A stretch of 64,000 nt of DNA from Mytilus edulis (lineage: Eukaryota): positions 81,034,001 to 81,098,000 of the forward strand of contig NC_092348.1 of NCBI RefSeq assembly GCF_963676685.1. The letters are read 5' to 3'. Position numbers and translations under genes: made by a program. This document shows positions 39,301 to 51,128 of this stretch, one piece after another. The stretch's first letter is position 1, and each line of letters opens with the position of its first letter. Below the pieces are notes generated by a model that was not told the origin of the DNA, searched no databases, and worked only from the letters and a program-made list of their open reading frames with translations.

Positions 39301-41746
39301 TAGAGCAATTCACTATGCTGTTGAATATTAATCCTCTCAAAAAAATGTTTGAAGAAATTTTCTTTTTTATTTATGAAATTTCAAATGAGAAAAATTGAAC
39401 CCAATTTTTTTAATCACATCCCCCTTTCCCTTATTCCAAAACTAATCTCAATTAAAATTTCTAATGGAGTTTGCAACAATAACTACTCATTTAAATACAT
39501 CATAAAATATTAAGATGTAAAAAAACTGCTTGTTATCACTGAATGGTAAAGATTATTTTAATTTATCAGTTGGTAGTAAAAAGTGAATATACATTGTATA
39601 TTGTATATAACAAAGATTTAAGTTGATTCTGGACAAAGAAAGATAACTCCAATTAAAAAAAAATATTGCTATTGCACAATATTTTGCAATTAGATATTTC
39701 TTGCTTACTATTCTGGACAAAGAAAGATAACTCTAAGTAAAAAAAAATTTGCTATTTCACAATATTGTGCAATTAGATATTTCTTGCCATTGCGCAATAC
39801 TGTGCAATTGAAAAGACTTGCTATTGCACAATACTTAATATAATAATTTTAGATCCTGATTTGGACCAACTTGAAAACTGGGCCCATAATAAAAAATCTA
39901 AGTACATTTTTGGATTCAGCATATCAAAGAACCCCAAGATTTCAATTTTTGTTAAAATCAGACTAAGTTTAATTTTGGACCCTTTGGACTTTAGTGTAGA
40001 CCAATTTGAAAACAGGACCAAAAATGAAGAATCTACATACACAGTTAGATTTGGTATATCAAAGAACCCCATTTATTCAATTTTTGATGAAATCAAACAA
40101 AGTTTAATTTTGGACCCCGATTTGGACCAACTTGAAAACTGGGCCAATAATCAAGAATCTAAGTATATTTTTAGATTCAGCATATCAAAGAACCTAACTG
40201 ATTCATTTTTTGTCAAAATCAAACTAAGTTTAATTTTGGACCCTTTGGACCTTAATGTAGACCAATTTGAAAACTGGACCAAAAGTTAAGAATCTACATA
40301 CACAGTCATGACAGTTAGATTCGGCATATCAAAGAATCCCAATTATTCAATTTTGATGAAATCAAACAAAGTTTAATTTTGGACCCTTTGGGCCCCTTAT
40401 TCTGTTGGGACCAAAACTCCCAAAATCAATACCAACCTTCCTTTTATGGTCATAAACCTTGTGTTTAAATTTCATAGATTTCTATTTACTTATACTAACG
40501 TTATGGTTGGTAAACCAAGAAAAATGCTTATTTGGGTCCCTTTTTGGCCCCTAATTCCTAAACTGTTGGGACCTAAACTCCCAAAAGCAATACCAACCTT
40601 CCTTTTGTAGTCATTAACATTGTGTTTAAATTTCATTGATTTCTATTCACTTAAACTAAAGTTATTGTGCGAAAACCAAGAAAATGCTTATTTGGGCCCT
40701 TTTTGGCCCCTAATTCCTAAAATGTTGGGACCAAAACTCCCAAAATCAATCCCAACCTTCCTTTTGTGGTCATAAACCTTGTGTTAAAATTTCATAGATT
40801 TCCATTCACTTTTACTAAAGTTAGAGTGCGAAAACTAAAAGTATTCGGACGACGACGACGACGCAGACGACGACGCCAACGTGATAGCAATATACGACGA
40901 AATTTTTTTCAAATTTTGCGGTCGTATTAAACGGATTACAAGAATGTAAGATAATTAAATTAAGATTTAGAATATTGATATAGTTCCCAATGAACGAGAA
41001 CACATATTATGACGTCTTTGTATAGGTTAATTTGCGTTTTGAGATTAAGAAGAATTGGTGGTACACATTTATAATTATTCGCTAACTATTTAATTTTTAC
41101 TTTAAAACAAATTAATTAAGTTTTATTCTGGAACCGAAAATAATAGTCCCATGTTTATCGTACATCAGTAGCAATGCGATTTCATAAATCATCTGAGATT
41201 TAAAACAACATTCTTACTTTCAACCTGATAAAGGGTTTACATTAACATAACACATGACAATCTAGCTAACGAAACTGCTATTTCAGTGAAAGAACAGAAC
41301 ACTAACTACAAGTATATCTTACTGTATCGTGATAACAAAGTTTGGAAATAGTGTAATCTAAATAGTGATGTAGAGTTTCAAGAAATAATACACTTAAATA
41401 TAATAACTGAATTAAGCTCGTCAAATTTTATCTAAATAAATAACATTTCTACAAATTAAACTTACATGGACAATTTAAAGGTAAATACGTCTGATGCTCG
41501 GCCCAAACTCTGTTCTTTTCGATCTTTTGATGACGTCTGTAAAACAGTTGGACTGTTTTCTTCATTATCAGAGAACTCATGATTTGGGTCTGGGTCGTTT
41601 GTTGAAGAATATATTGGTGTATTGCGCTGATTAGGTTCTGTGTCGTTTGTTGAAGAAGAAATTGTTTTATTGCGCTGATTTGTTTCTGGGTCCTTTATTG
41701 TAGGATGTTTAGTTTTACCTTTTCTTTCTTCTTTCGGGGATGCCAT
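27132..41746 (-). CDS. Gene B (5 coding exons: 41746-41466, 35023-33900, 32290-32136, 28619-28301, 27325-27132), 690 aa; paralog of gene A with the same architecture
   Basis: GT-AG introns. Exon lengths 281+1124+155+319+194=2073 nt give an uninterrupted ORF with phases 2,1,0,1. Confidence 0.87.
27384..27605 (+). mobile_element. Short HINE/Helentron-like element
   Basis: AACAAGAATGTGTCC start, (GACG/GACA)n microsatellite and terminal ATGCCCC...GGGGCAT hairpin followed by an A-tract. Confidence 0.6.
28301..28619 (-). CDS. Gene B coding exon 4: alpha/beta domain part 1 (DNKVCVLSFYSET...YIFVFVDFNERNVILENPG...TVQAAQKLG)
   Basis: Acceptor TATTTTAG and donor G|GTAAGT. Homologous to 9092-9416. Confidence 0.88.
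31612..31840 (+). repeat. Dispersed interspersed repeat (other copies at ~10860-11200 +, 12480-12813 -, 18340-18600 -, 28130-28270 -)
   Basis: Shared AAATAAAGGCAACAGTAGTATACCGCTGTTC end. Confidence 0.65.
32136..32290 (-). CDS. Gene B coding exon 3: TM2 (GLFQPINVCVALAFMLIGALFYMTYYRY...)
   Basis: Absent from the ORF track and found by hand. Acceptor TTTCATTGTAG and donor CAG|GTAATT. Open frame, phase 1 in and phase 0 out. Confidence 0.82.
33104..33406. repeat. Tandem repeat, 3 x 101 bp, near-identical
   Basis: The unit GGGCC(G/A)TTTCGGTATTGAGGCGAGG...CAAGTATGCTTA occurs at ~33104, 33205 and 33306. Confidence 0.9.
33900..35023 (-). CDS. Gene B coding exon 2: TM1 (IPAVVFTMAVAVYII) plus ~355-aa coiled coil with 8 N-X-S/T sequons
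   Basis: ORF 33892..35058. Acceptor CTTTTCAG and donor G|GTATGT. Confidence 0.9.
35655..36010 (+). repeat. Local duplication: uninterrupted copy of the sequence at 36430-36472 plus 37393-37710
   Basis: Shared CAACAAATTCAGTTAAAAT, CATATATTGCACAGTT, CTAAGCAACGTTGGTACAATGT and ATAGAACAAAATACGA. Confidence 0.75.
36604..36647 (+). ncRNA. Type I hammerhead ribozyme, copy 1 (predicted cleavage after C36641)
   Basis: CUGAUGA, GAAA and GUC core. Stem I GCGUCA/UGGCGU, stem II GUCU/AGAC, palindromic stem III ACGCGCGU. Confidence 0.88.
36958..37001 (+). ncRNA. Type I hammerhead ribozyme, copy 2 (predicted cleavage after C36995)
   Basis: Same core as copy 1. The stem I 3' strand reads UGGCAU (one change). 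Confidence 0.85.
37312..37355 (+). ncRNA. Type I hammerhead ribozyme, copy 3 (predicted cleavage after C37349)
   Basis: Identical to copy 1. Confidence 0.88.
39108..40930 (+). mobile_element. HINE/Helentron-like element with internal tandem arrays
   Basis: Subterminal TATACGACCGCA at the 5' end is matched by a 3' TGCGGTCGTAT hairpin. It also has a (GAC)n microsatellite and internal repeats of TTTTGGACCC/GACCAA.TTGAAAAC. Confidence 0.7.
41466..41746 (-). CDS. Gene B coding exon 1: low-complexity hydrophilic N-terminal tail (MASPKEERKGK...) with a 16-aa internal repeat
   Basis: ORF 41462..41746 with good ATG context (AAAATGG). Donor AT|GTAAG in phase 2. An acceptor TTTTTGCAG lies just upstream. 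Confidence 0.75.
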
Positions 41747-44369
41747 TTTGTCAGATTTGCTGCAAAAAGTATATAATTACAAAAAATATAACATTTGACC
41801 ATATAAACTAGTATAGCGGGGTCCTATAAAACAAACTCACAAGTTTTTTTTTTTATCAAGTCATTTTAACAAATTGAATACTGCAGCAACTTTTATTCAA
41901 AAGTTGAATGCTTTTTTGTAGTTTTATTTTTGTGTCAAAGCGTTGACAGAAGCGCATTAGATTTGAAACTTTTAACGCTTTTAAATATCTTTACTTCTCA
42001 AAACGAAACCTTAAATTCTTAAGATTACGTTTGTATTTTATAAATTTCAGACAACGAGTTAATTCAAGCCATATGGTTTTTTTTCTGTGCATTGTTTAAA
42101 CGTTTTTACTAAAAAAAAAAAAACATATTAAAGCTAATTACTATCAAATTTCCATGTGGAGGAGGGAGATGGCTTTGTCGGCGAATCCCTGAGCGACAAG
42201 TCCTACTTGAAATATCGACAGTATGTTATTCATATTTAGAGATTTCTTGGATGTTGGACGTTGATTTTCCCTAACTGCTACTTATATCTGGTTGGCTTTA
42301 ATGTTGGCTTGAGTTTTCTGGAGAATGTCTTATCAACACATAGATTGTTTATGTGCACATAGATGACATGATTTTTAGTTTGCTATGCCATGCCTCATAG
42401 TGATTGTAGGTATGTGCCATTTCTTGTTGTTGTGGTTCAATTGCTGTTGGTTGTTTTCTTCTATCCAGTACTTGTTTGCAAATGTTTCGAAAGCCGTCGT
42501 GTAGATGATTATCTCTTCTACGTCTTCAAGTGAAATAAACCACATCATGTCTAATCTTTGCTATTCAAAGTTTATCTTTCAATCGTTTATACTTCTCAAG
42601 ATTACATAGCCATAAACACGAAAAAAGATTAAAAATGTCTTTTAAGGCTGGGTTATGACTCTGAAACGATTCAACTGCAGATTTCGGCTTACTAACGTTA
42701 ATTGTTTATATAATTTTGCTGTAATGGTGTGTTCACGTTTCTCAAAATTTTGATAAATTTACCTTATGCAAGGTAAAATGTCTCTCCTTATAAAACATAC
42801 CCTCCTTTTACAGTCCAAATCAAAATTTCTCGCCATTCATCTCCAGCTGTTGTCTGCTTTATATGCTATTGTAGATTAGTTACTAATTATCTCTCTTCTT
42901 GAGATATGCATTCAATATACTAGTATGGCAATATGCATGGAGCAATAAATCACTCTTATAAACATGCATATAGATTGTAATAAGTGTACGTGGCAAGTAA
43001 ATGATTAAAAGGTCAACATGCTGAGTTATTTTAATTGTTAAAAAAACGAAACGAAAGAGCACACGTATATAAAGGAAGTTAAAGTTTAATTCATTTTATT
43101 AACGGCAGTTTAGCATGTAAACACAAATTGTAGTTTATTAAAGATAATATATAAATATAACAGGACAGTCGAAGTTTGCACACATTACATTGAATCTGAG
43201 TACCCATATTGAATACGAACAAACAAAAAGGGAGGTGGTAGGCACTGTCAACAACTCGAACCGTACTGATCAAAAGATTAACTATGGCGTACACGAAGGT
43301 ATTCTAAGGAACCACCAATGAACCGTTTCGCTCCAATAATTAACAGAAGTCAAGAACAGTGGTGTTAAACACCCAATCTAGTTACCATTTATAAAACAAA
43401 ACACCATAGTGCCACTGACTTTTCAGTTACAAATACTGATCTAAAATATCATAATCAATCAGCTCATCAAAATCAATTTGTATGGATACAACCAATCCAT
43501 CTACAATTAATTTGTTCGACACAGGACTCAACAGCAAAGCGGTGTTTGAATTTAAACACATTTCAAATAAGAATAAAATTGCATACAAGATATAGAAAAT
43601 AGCAGAACTTTAGACAAAATGATCCTGAATATCAATTGATTATTAATAAAATGGAAACTAGAAAACTGATGAAAAAAAAAGAAGAAAACAAACGTTAACA
43701 TACAGTATACAAAGAGACATAATTATAACTCAAAATTCGCAGAATAAAAAGCTATTTGACTTAGAAGAAAGAGAAACCAAAGAAATAACAAAAACCTCTA
43801 TCTATAATCTCCATGTATTACTATATAAAGATAGAACATATGGAAATGAGGAAGTGATTAATGGTTGTCACGAACATTTAAAAACCCTAGCTACATTTGT
43901 AAACTTATCCATAATTCTTCATACGACTTTAAACACCAAAACATATGTGGTGTAGATTACCTAGCAATACCATACTTACGCAGTCAAGTTTTAAACAGAA
44001 TAAAAGCAAGATCAGAATTTGTTGAAGCATTAAAATTAAAATTAAAATATTAATACAGAAAACTCAGAAGTTAGTTTTGATCTATCAATTGAACATATAG
44101 CATACATGCAGGAGAAAACTTCACGTATTATCTGCTATCCTTTGTGAATATCATCATACGTAGTATTAATACCTGAAATATTTATTATGATGTATCGCTC
44201 ACAAAGGAAGAAAAAAAGACTCCAAGAACTAACGAGGAATTGTTGTGCTATCCATGTTATGTGAAATCATTTAACACATCCCCAGAATAGACTTTTTACA
44301 AATTCTTTTGCGAAAACAATCACCACTACAAGGAGGATTTACCCACAAAGGATGACTGGGGAAGAGAAA

Positions 44370-44722
44370 TATGGTCACTTGGTCTTCTTCCGATCGGCAG
44401 TAAAACGCTTTCCAAAGTGGGGTGTCAGTTTGGCAGTGCTCAACGTCTGGTCAGAATTGGGACGTTAAAACCGATGCCTCGTGTAAAGAGAGTACCATGC
44501 TCTTAACACGTTAAGAACCCTGTCAACAACTCTTTGTGGTGTCTGTACCAGTTCATTATATACACTTCAAGTGGCAGTCAAAATTTCCCTTGTCATCCTC
44601 CCGGGAGCACTATATTATTACAAGAACTACTCATTGTATTTATTGTTAAATTGTTCTCGTCCTGAACATGCATGAAATATTTGCCAGTGGACGTTAAGCA
44701 ACCAACAATCAATCAATCAATC
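44370..44722 (+). mobile_element. SINE-like element with (AATC)n tail
   Basis: GGACGTTAAA core and 3' GGACGTTAAGCAACCAACAATCAATCAATC. The same tail occurs on the minus strand at ~2735-2770. Confidence 0.55.
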
Positions 44723-45879
44723 AAAGAGAATTTACACCTAAAACTTTCCCTTCAAATGCAGAAATTATATTTACAGAGAATATAGACGTACTAGTTATAG
44801 TCCTTTATATATAGCATTGCTCGATGCAAAATCAGAATTTGATGTTGTCAAGGCTGTAAAAAAAGGCTAGACTAAAATCAACTATTAGAATGTTTCACGC
44901 TTGAGTGACATCATAATACCAAGTCATTATCCATATAATTTACAAATTTTGGTAAACCATGCCTTACAATACAGGTAAATAAACCATTAAACTCTACAAC
45001 CAAAGAAAAGTGTCATCACTCAAGCAAAGATCTAAACAAACAAAAACAAAAAAAAGACAACCACAACTGGACGTTTAATCTTGTAAACAAAGAAATGCTA
45101 AATGTAGACAAATCAATACATTAAGAAAAAATTCTGTCAAGAACTAAATCATATACACACCATAAAGAAAACGAATTCACAAAAGCACGTAGAAATTCTT
45201 GAAAGCACGTAGAAATTCTCATTAGCATGAAGTTTACTATAGCAGCAGCCGGGTTTTTATGGGAATTACGATCTTGATCAAGTAATATATATATCAATAT
45301 ATATATCCTTCTTCGGTAATAGCACGATGTAAAATGAATCATGTCAATACATTCAAATTGAGACACTATCAAAATCTTGAACGTTTATACAATTTAAGCG
45401 GACACCACAGACGCAGGTACAATTTTAAAACTTCCAAACACGGCGCAAAGATTACAAAGATATGCCAAATAAAAATAGTTATTTGCGATGTGAACTGGCA
45501 CAACTCTAAATTTCCAAAGGTTGTGACAGTTTAGATGTGATAACTGCATAGAGGGCAGTCCTCAAACAAACAAAATCAAAAATGCCCTAACCGATCCAAG
45601 TTGATATAACATTTTAAATTTGACAACGGTACTAGGGCAATTGCAACAGAAACTACATATTTAAGCCTCCCAAACGAATAGCAGTTTAACAATGATTAGA
45701 AAAATAAGTTTTATCTAATAAGGTAAAATAATTGAACGTGGCTACGTCCTTATACATCCATCCCAAATGAATGGAGCCCTGTAATTTAAACTGGTAATTT
45801 AAAAAAATCTTCAAACTGTAAAGCCAGTACGGAAGCCGGAGTTACTGGAAACAAGTGATTACAGGAAAATGAGTGACTC

Positions 45880-46162
45880 ATTCTATGTTCAGTGTCGATG
45901 TGGCATGCAGTATGTTGGCGAGACAGAGCAGCCATTCAACTAACGCATGAATGGTCATCGAAGTGACTACACTTGCAAGCCCTACCTACCCATAAGTCGT
46001 CATTTGAGATCACATGGGCACGCCCAAGCTGATCTCAAAAACTTACCACCACAATCATAGACCACAACGAGGGTTGGTCGGAGGTCGACAGAGTCGCTCG
46101 GGAAAGATTTTGGATAAGAAAGTTAAGGACAGTTTCCCCAGAGGGCATAAATGAAAAAAGGA
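45880..46162 (+). mobile_element. Penelope-type GIY-YIG endonuclease remnant
   Basis: Translates as YVQCRCGMQYVGETEQPFN*RMNGHRSD...ISRHLRSHGH and, after a frameshift, RERFWIRKLRTVSPEGINE. Confidence 0.75.
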
Positions 46163-47299
46163 AGATTCAACTAAGAAATTCCTATACAAATATGAATTCT
46201 GTAATATCATTCAATTTTTTACAGTTTTCTAGTTTCCATTTTATTAATAATCAATTGATATTCAGGGTCATTTCGTCTATCTGCTATTTTCCGTTTCTTG
46301 TATGCAATTTTATTCTTATTTGAAATGTGTTCAAATTCAAACAAAAAAAACCGTTAGAACACGCCCCTATTGACTGCAGTGTGATAAATATAGATTCCAC
46401 AACTGCAACAAGTGTATTACGATATTTCAACACTCGAGGCAGTTTAATTATAATACTCCCAACGTCCAAAGTTGAACTTTTATGTAAATGTGGTACATGA
46501 AATCATACTAGACTCACTTGAAAGACAGCTACTATGTCAAAATAGAGATCCAGAACAAAAATGTGAATTGATATCTAGAAAATTGTGATATAAACAATTG
46601 CACACGTTATAAGAGCTAGAAGCACTGATTTGCACAATTAAACAATCAAAAATAAAATAAATAGCATGAATATAGATTACCTCGACCAGTTTCTTCAGTT
46701 GAAAATTTTGATAAATAAAGATTAAGATACCATATATGCAGAAATGTAAATGTACAAGTTGTATGATATTCAGGATGATGGAGAATTTTTAATTTACAGT
46801 CTTTTATTCTGAATAAGAGCTTGTCCTGAAGGACATGAAAATATTCAGTGGTATTATAAGGTTAATATCTCAATGAAATTAAGTTTTGAAAGTTCTATGG
46901 TATTCCATTATAAATGAACGTATATCAGATGCATACCAGCATGGGTTCTTTAAAGTTTTCATGGTTTCATACCGATGGCTACAGTGCTGAAGGTACGTAA
47001 CAAGGTTGCCTTCTGACTCGGGACGCTGGATATTTCAGTTCATCACAAAGGTTTTTTTCACCCACCACACTTCTCTGATACCGACCGAGGCGGGAGTTTA
47101 AACTTGAATGATTACATTGCGGGCCTCGGTTGGTCAAAGTCCCCAAGCCTACTTTGACCTGGAGATCAATCTTCAGATATCTCTGCGGTTTGTCTGTTCC
47201 CGTCGAGTGTCCCGGTAGTTCTTTTTGAGTTTTTAGGCATCATCCAACGATAATAATAGGCTTCTCGGTGTCCTAGCACTCCCTTTGTGTTTAGATAGA

Positions 47300-49463
47300 C
47301 TCAAAATTGAAAAAACTGATAAATAAGAAAAACAAATTTTATAAAAAGAAAAAACATGATAGCAAACATACTAAAAAATTTAAACAAATTAAAACACAAT
47401 TACAGAAAGAGATGAGAAATGCCTATTGGAATTATATCGAAAACATGATTTTTGACATTGAAATACAAGAGCCTGAAAATTCGAGATTTAACAAACAACC
47501 TTAAAAACTCTTTTCATACATAAAAGGCCAAAACAATGAAAACACTGGTATTGCACCTCTTAGGAGTGAAGGTCTACTTCATACAGATCCCTTGAAAAAA
47601 GCTAACATATTAAATGAACAATTTAAATCAGCTTTTACATCTGAGACCAATACAGTTATCCCTGACAAAGGTCCATCAACACATCCAATAATGGACGACA
47701 AAGACATCAACAGAGAAGGCATCTATAAATTAATTAAAAATATAAACCCAAAAAAGGCAACAGGACCTGATAACATCACTGGAATAGTGCTTAAAGAAAA
47801 CATCAACACATGCACAGACATACTCACTCTAATTTTTACAAAATCAATGCAAACAGGAAAAGTACCTCACGATTGGAACCACGCAAATGTAACACCTGTT
47901 TTCAAAAAAGGAGACAAACATCATCCTGGTAACTATCGTCCAATTTCACTTACATGTATTTCATGCAAATTACTAGAGCACATAATTGCAAGCAACATTA
48001 TGAAACACCTTGAATCTAACAACATACTTTATGACTTGCAACACGGCTTCAGGGCAAATAGATCATGCGAATCCCAAATAATATCACTAATTCACCAACT
48101 ATGTTCAAATAACGACAAAAATATACAAACCGATCTTATCATCATGGATTTCGCAAAAGCCTTTGACAAAGTTCCACACAACCGTTTACTATATAAACTT
48201 AAATTTTTCGGTGTATCAGATCAAGCCGCAAACTGGATAAAATCTTTCCTTTCAAACCGTACACAAACAGTTATGCTAGAAAACCATTCCTCTGATAACT
48301 TACCAGTTACATCAGGTGTTCCTCAGGGCACTGTATTAGGTCCAATACTATTTTTGATATATATCAATGACTTACCTGACTACTTACATCATAGTCAAAT
48401 CTGGCTCTTTGCTGACGATAGCATCATTTACCGACAAATAAAATCACCATCAGATTGCCTTAAACTCCAGGAAGACCTAGAAGGAGCAATCAAATGGAAA
48501 CAAGACTGGCTAATGCAGTTTCACCCTGATAAATGCAACATACTTAGAGTGACCACAAAGAAAACACCTATCCATTTTTATTACAACATGCACGGTCACA
48601 TTATTGAGTCAGTTGAAAATGCAAAATATTTAGGTATAACTATTTCATCAAATTTAAAATGGAACAAACACATTCAGAACATGACATCTAAAGCAAATAA
48701 GACCCTTGGATTCATCAGAAGAAACTTAAAAATAAACTCAGTAACCATCAAAGACCGAGCATACCAAGCCCTTATTAGACCAAAACTTGAATACTGCTGC
48801 ACTGTCTGGGACCCCTACACAACAGAGAACATTAACTCCATAGAAAAAGTTCAAAGACGTGCAGCGAGATATGTATGCTCAAACTACAAATATACTGAAA
48901 GTGTAACAAACATGATTAACACACTCCACTGGCCAACATTACAAGAAAGGAGACTCAAAAGCAGATTAAATATGTTCCATAGAATAACAAACAACAAAAT
49001 TGCCATACCACATACTGACATATTAATTAAAAGCCAATCAAACACCAGGTCTAGCCACGAACAAACATACCGACAAATTCGATGCAGCAAAGACAGTTAC
49101 AAATTTTCATTTTTCTGCCAAACTATAAAAGACTGGAACAAATTACCAGAACCAATAGCCTGCAGCACCACTACTGAGTGCTTCAAGGAGAAACTCACTA
49201 GAGAGATGCTCCTTGACACTTACAAACACCTACATGTATAATATGTATCTTGTTTTTATCTTATACCAAAAATTAAAAATAAAAATTGAAAAATATTACT
49301 TACATATACATTTGTATCATAAAAATTGAAAAATTATTTAGAAACCAAAAATATATATTTTTAATCATTAACAATATTATCAAACCAGACATGCGCCGGA
49401 AAGTAATCATCAACCAGTTGATGTTTTTCTGTATATAAAGAAGAAGAAGATGAAGAAGAAGAT
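47300..49463 (+). mobile_element. 5'-truncated non-LTR retrotransposon (CR1-group LINE) with (GAA)n tail
   Basis: RT motifs NYRPISLT, QHGFR, DFAKAFDKVPH, SGVPQGTVLGP, FADD and KYLG. In-frame stop at 47502-47504. GAAGAAGAAGAT tail at 49440-49463. Confidence 0.9.
47592..49241 (+). CDS. Reverse transcriptase part of LINE ORF2 (no endonuclease; probably non-functional)
   Basis: 549-aa ORF with the full non-LTR RT motif set. It starts at a non-ATG codon downstream of a stop. Confidence 0.8.
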   Translation: MKKANILNEQFKSAFTSETNTVIPDKGPSTHPIMDDKDINREGIYKLIKNINPKKATGPDNITGIVLKENINTCTDILTLIFTKSMQTGKVPHDWNHANVTPVFKKGDKHHPGNYRPISLTCISCKLLEHIIASNIMKHLESNNILYDLQHGFRANRSCESQIISLIHQLCSNNDKNIQTDLIIMDFAKAFDKVPHNRLLYKLKFFGVSDQAANWIKSFLSNRTQTVMLENHSSDNLPVTSGVPQGTVLGPILFLIYINDLPDYLHHSQIWLFADDSIIYRQIKSPSDCLKLQEDLEGAIKWKQDWLMQFHPDKCNILRVTTKKTPIHFYYNMHGHIIESVENAKYLGITISSNLKWNKHIQNMTSKANKTLGFIRRNLKINSVTIKDRAYQALIRPKLEYCCTVWDPYTTENINSIEKVQRRAARYVCSNYKYTESVTNMINTLHWPTLQERRLKSRLNMFHRITNNKIAIPHTDILIKSQSNTRSSHEQTYRQIRCSKDSYKFSFFCQTIKDWNKLPEPIACSTTTECFKEKLTREMLLDTYKHLHV

Positions 49464-50851
49464 GCATGGGGGTTGTCATTTTAAATCTGGAGACTGATCG
49501 TTTTAACACGTTAGTAACACAGCTACGTTAATCTCCGAATAACGGAGCAATCTACCAGTTCATAAATACATACATAATACGAAATAAAAACATAATCACC
49601 TAATAAATTATTTCGAAGGGGAGAGATGTGGACAACAAACAGACAAACTGCTACAACATTGCAGATATTGGTGACCGTCATATGATACTAGCAACTTGGA
49701 CGTAAATCTTAGATGTTTAAGCTAACTTCGACTTAATCAAAATGTCAGTTATTCAGTGATAAAATCTGAAAGAAAAATAGATGCAGAAATATAATATCGC
49801 ACATAGTTACATTAATTCATACCTGTTGACTTGTCGGCTAGGTGTGACGTACGCTAACGACGATAGTGAAAGTAGAATAATCGGAAATCCCAAATACTTT
49901 TAAATAGCAATTATGTATAAATTATGTTCAATAGATCCGGGATCAGACCGCTGGTCTTTAGAAACATGTTACATTTTCAAAAAAGCTTGTTTATATGTAT
50001 GCTCTTCTGACATCTATGACTTTGTCCGATTAATACTATATATATATTCTAAAATATCATGGTCAATGTAGTCCCGCCATTGCTTGATTGTTGTTACCGC
50101 CACTTTCGATTTTGATTTTGGATTTTCCTTTTTGAATTTTCCTCGGAGTTTAGTATTTTTGTGTTTTTACTTTTTTTTCAGCACTATTAGCTGTTTCGTG
50201 GCAGTCACTTTTTATTGATGAAGGAAGCCCAAATGCCAGGAAAGAAACACCGACCTTCGGCACGAAATATTTACATTCCTTGTAAATTCAGATTTCTTGC
50301 CACAATATCCTTGATATGGGAGTATATGTTAGTATCCTAAATTTCTCAGGGTTTTGTCATATTGTAAATTAATTGTATTCATCTTTCAGAATTCATTTTC
50401 TTGTTTGTTTCACAGAAATGATAATGGTTTCCGGTCAGGGAGAGTTAAACGAAACCAAGTAATTTATATACCCACAAATCACCAAAGACACAGAAATTAA
50501 CAACTATAGGTCATACACCGTATGACCTTCAACAATGCACAATTAAGGCCCATACCGCATAGATTAGTCAGCTATAGAAGGTACCGAAATGACAAATATA
50601 AAACAAATCAAACAAGAAAACTACCGGCCTAATTTATGCAGAAAATAATTCACGAAAAACAAATATATAACACAGCAACAAACAACAACATTTGATATTA
50701 CAGGCTCCTGACATTAGACAGGCACATACAGAATGGGGCGGGGATACACTAGTTTGTTGGTACTAGTTACCCCTCCCCCTCCCTTACCAGAGGCAGTAGT
50801 GTAGTAGAACAACACTTAGAACAAACTATAAAAATCAGTTTAAAAAGCTTA

Positions 50852-51128
50852 GGCAGCACTGAACCATTTGATTTTCGGGGGGGGGGGGGGGGGGGGGGGG
50901 GGGGGCTATGGGGTTTTTTTCTGGACAATCTATTTTTTTCGCAACAAGTCGAAAACATTTTTTTTCTTTCAATTTTAGCATTACATATAGTGGCAGCTGA
51001 GGGGGAAACAAACAATTTTTTTTTTCTCAGAATCAAAAACAAATTATTTTTTTCTCCGAAAACTGGAAACAAACTTTTTTTCCAAAAAAAACATAGCCCC
51101 CCCCCCAGAAAATCAAATGGTTGCTGCC
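50852..51128. mobile_element. PIF/Harbinger-like MITE (TTA TSD) with poly-G/poly-C subterminal tracts
   Basis: TTA|GGCAGCA..CCATTTGATTTTC ... GAAAATCAAATGGTTGCTGCC|TTA. The empty site GGCTTAACTCATCAGAT is seen in a sister repeat at ~58907-58923 (- strand). Confidence 0.8.

Noticed and set aside
39821-40289. Repetitive 142-aa and 83-aa ORFs
   Set aside because: They arise from internal tandem repeats of the HINE-like element at 39108-40930.
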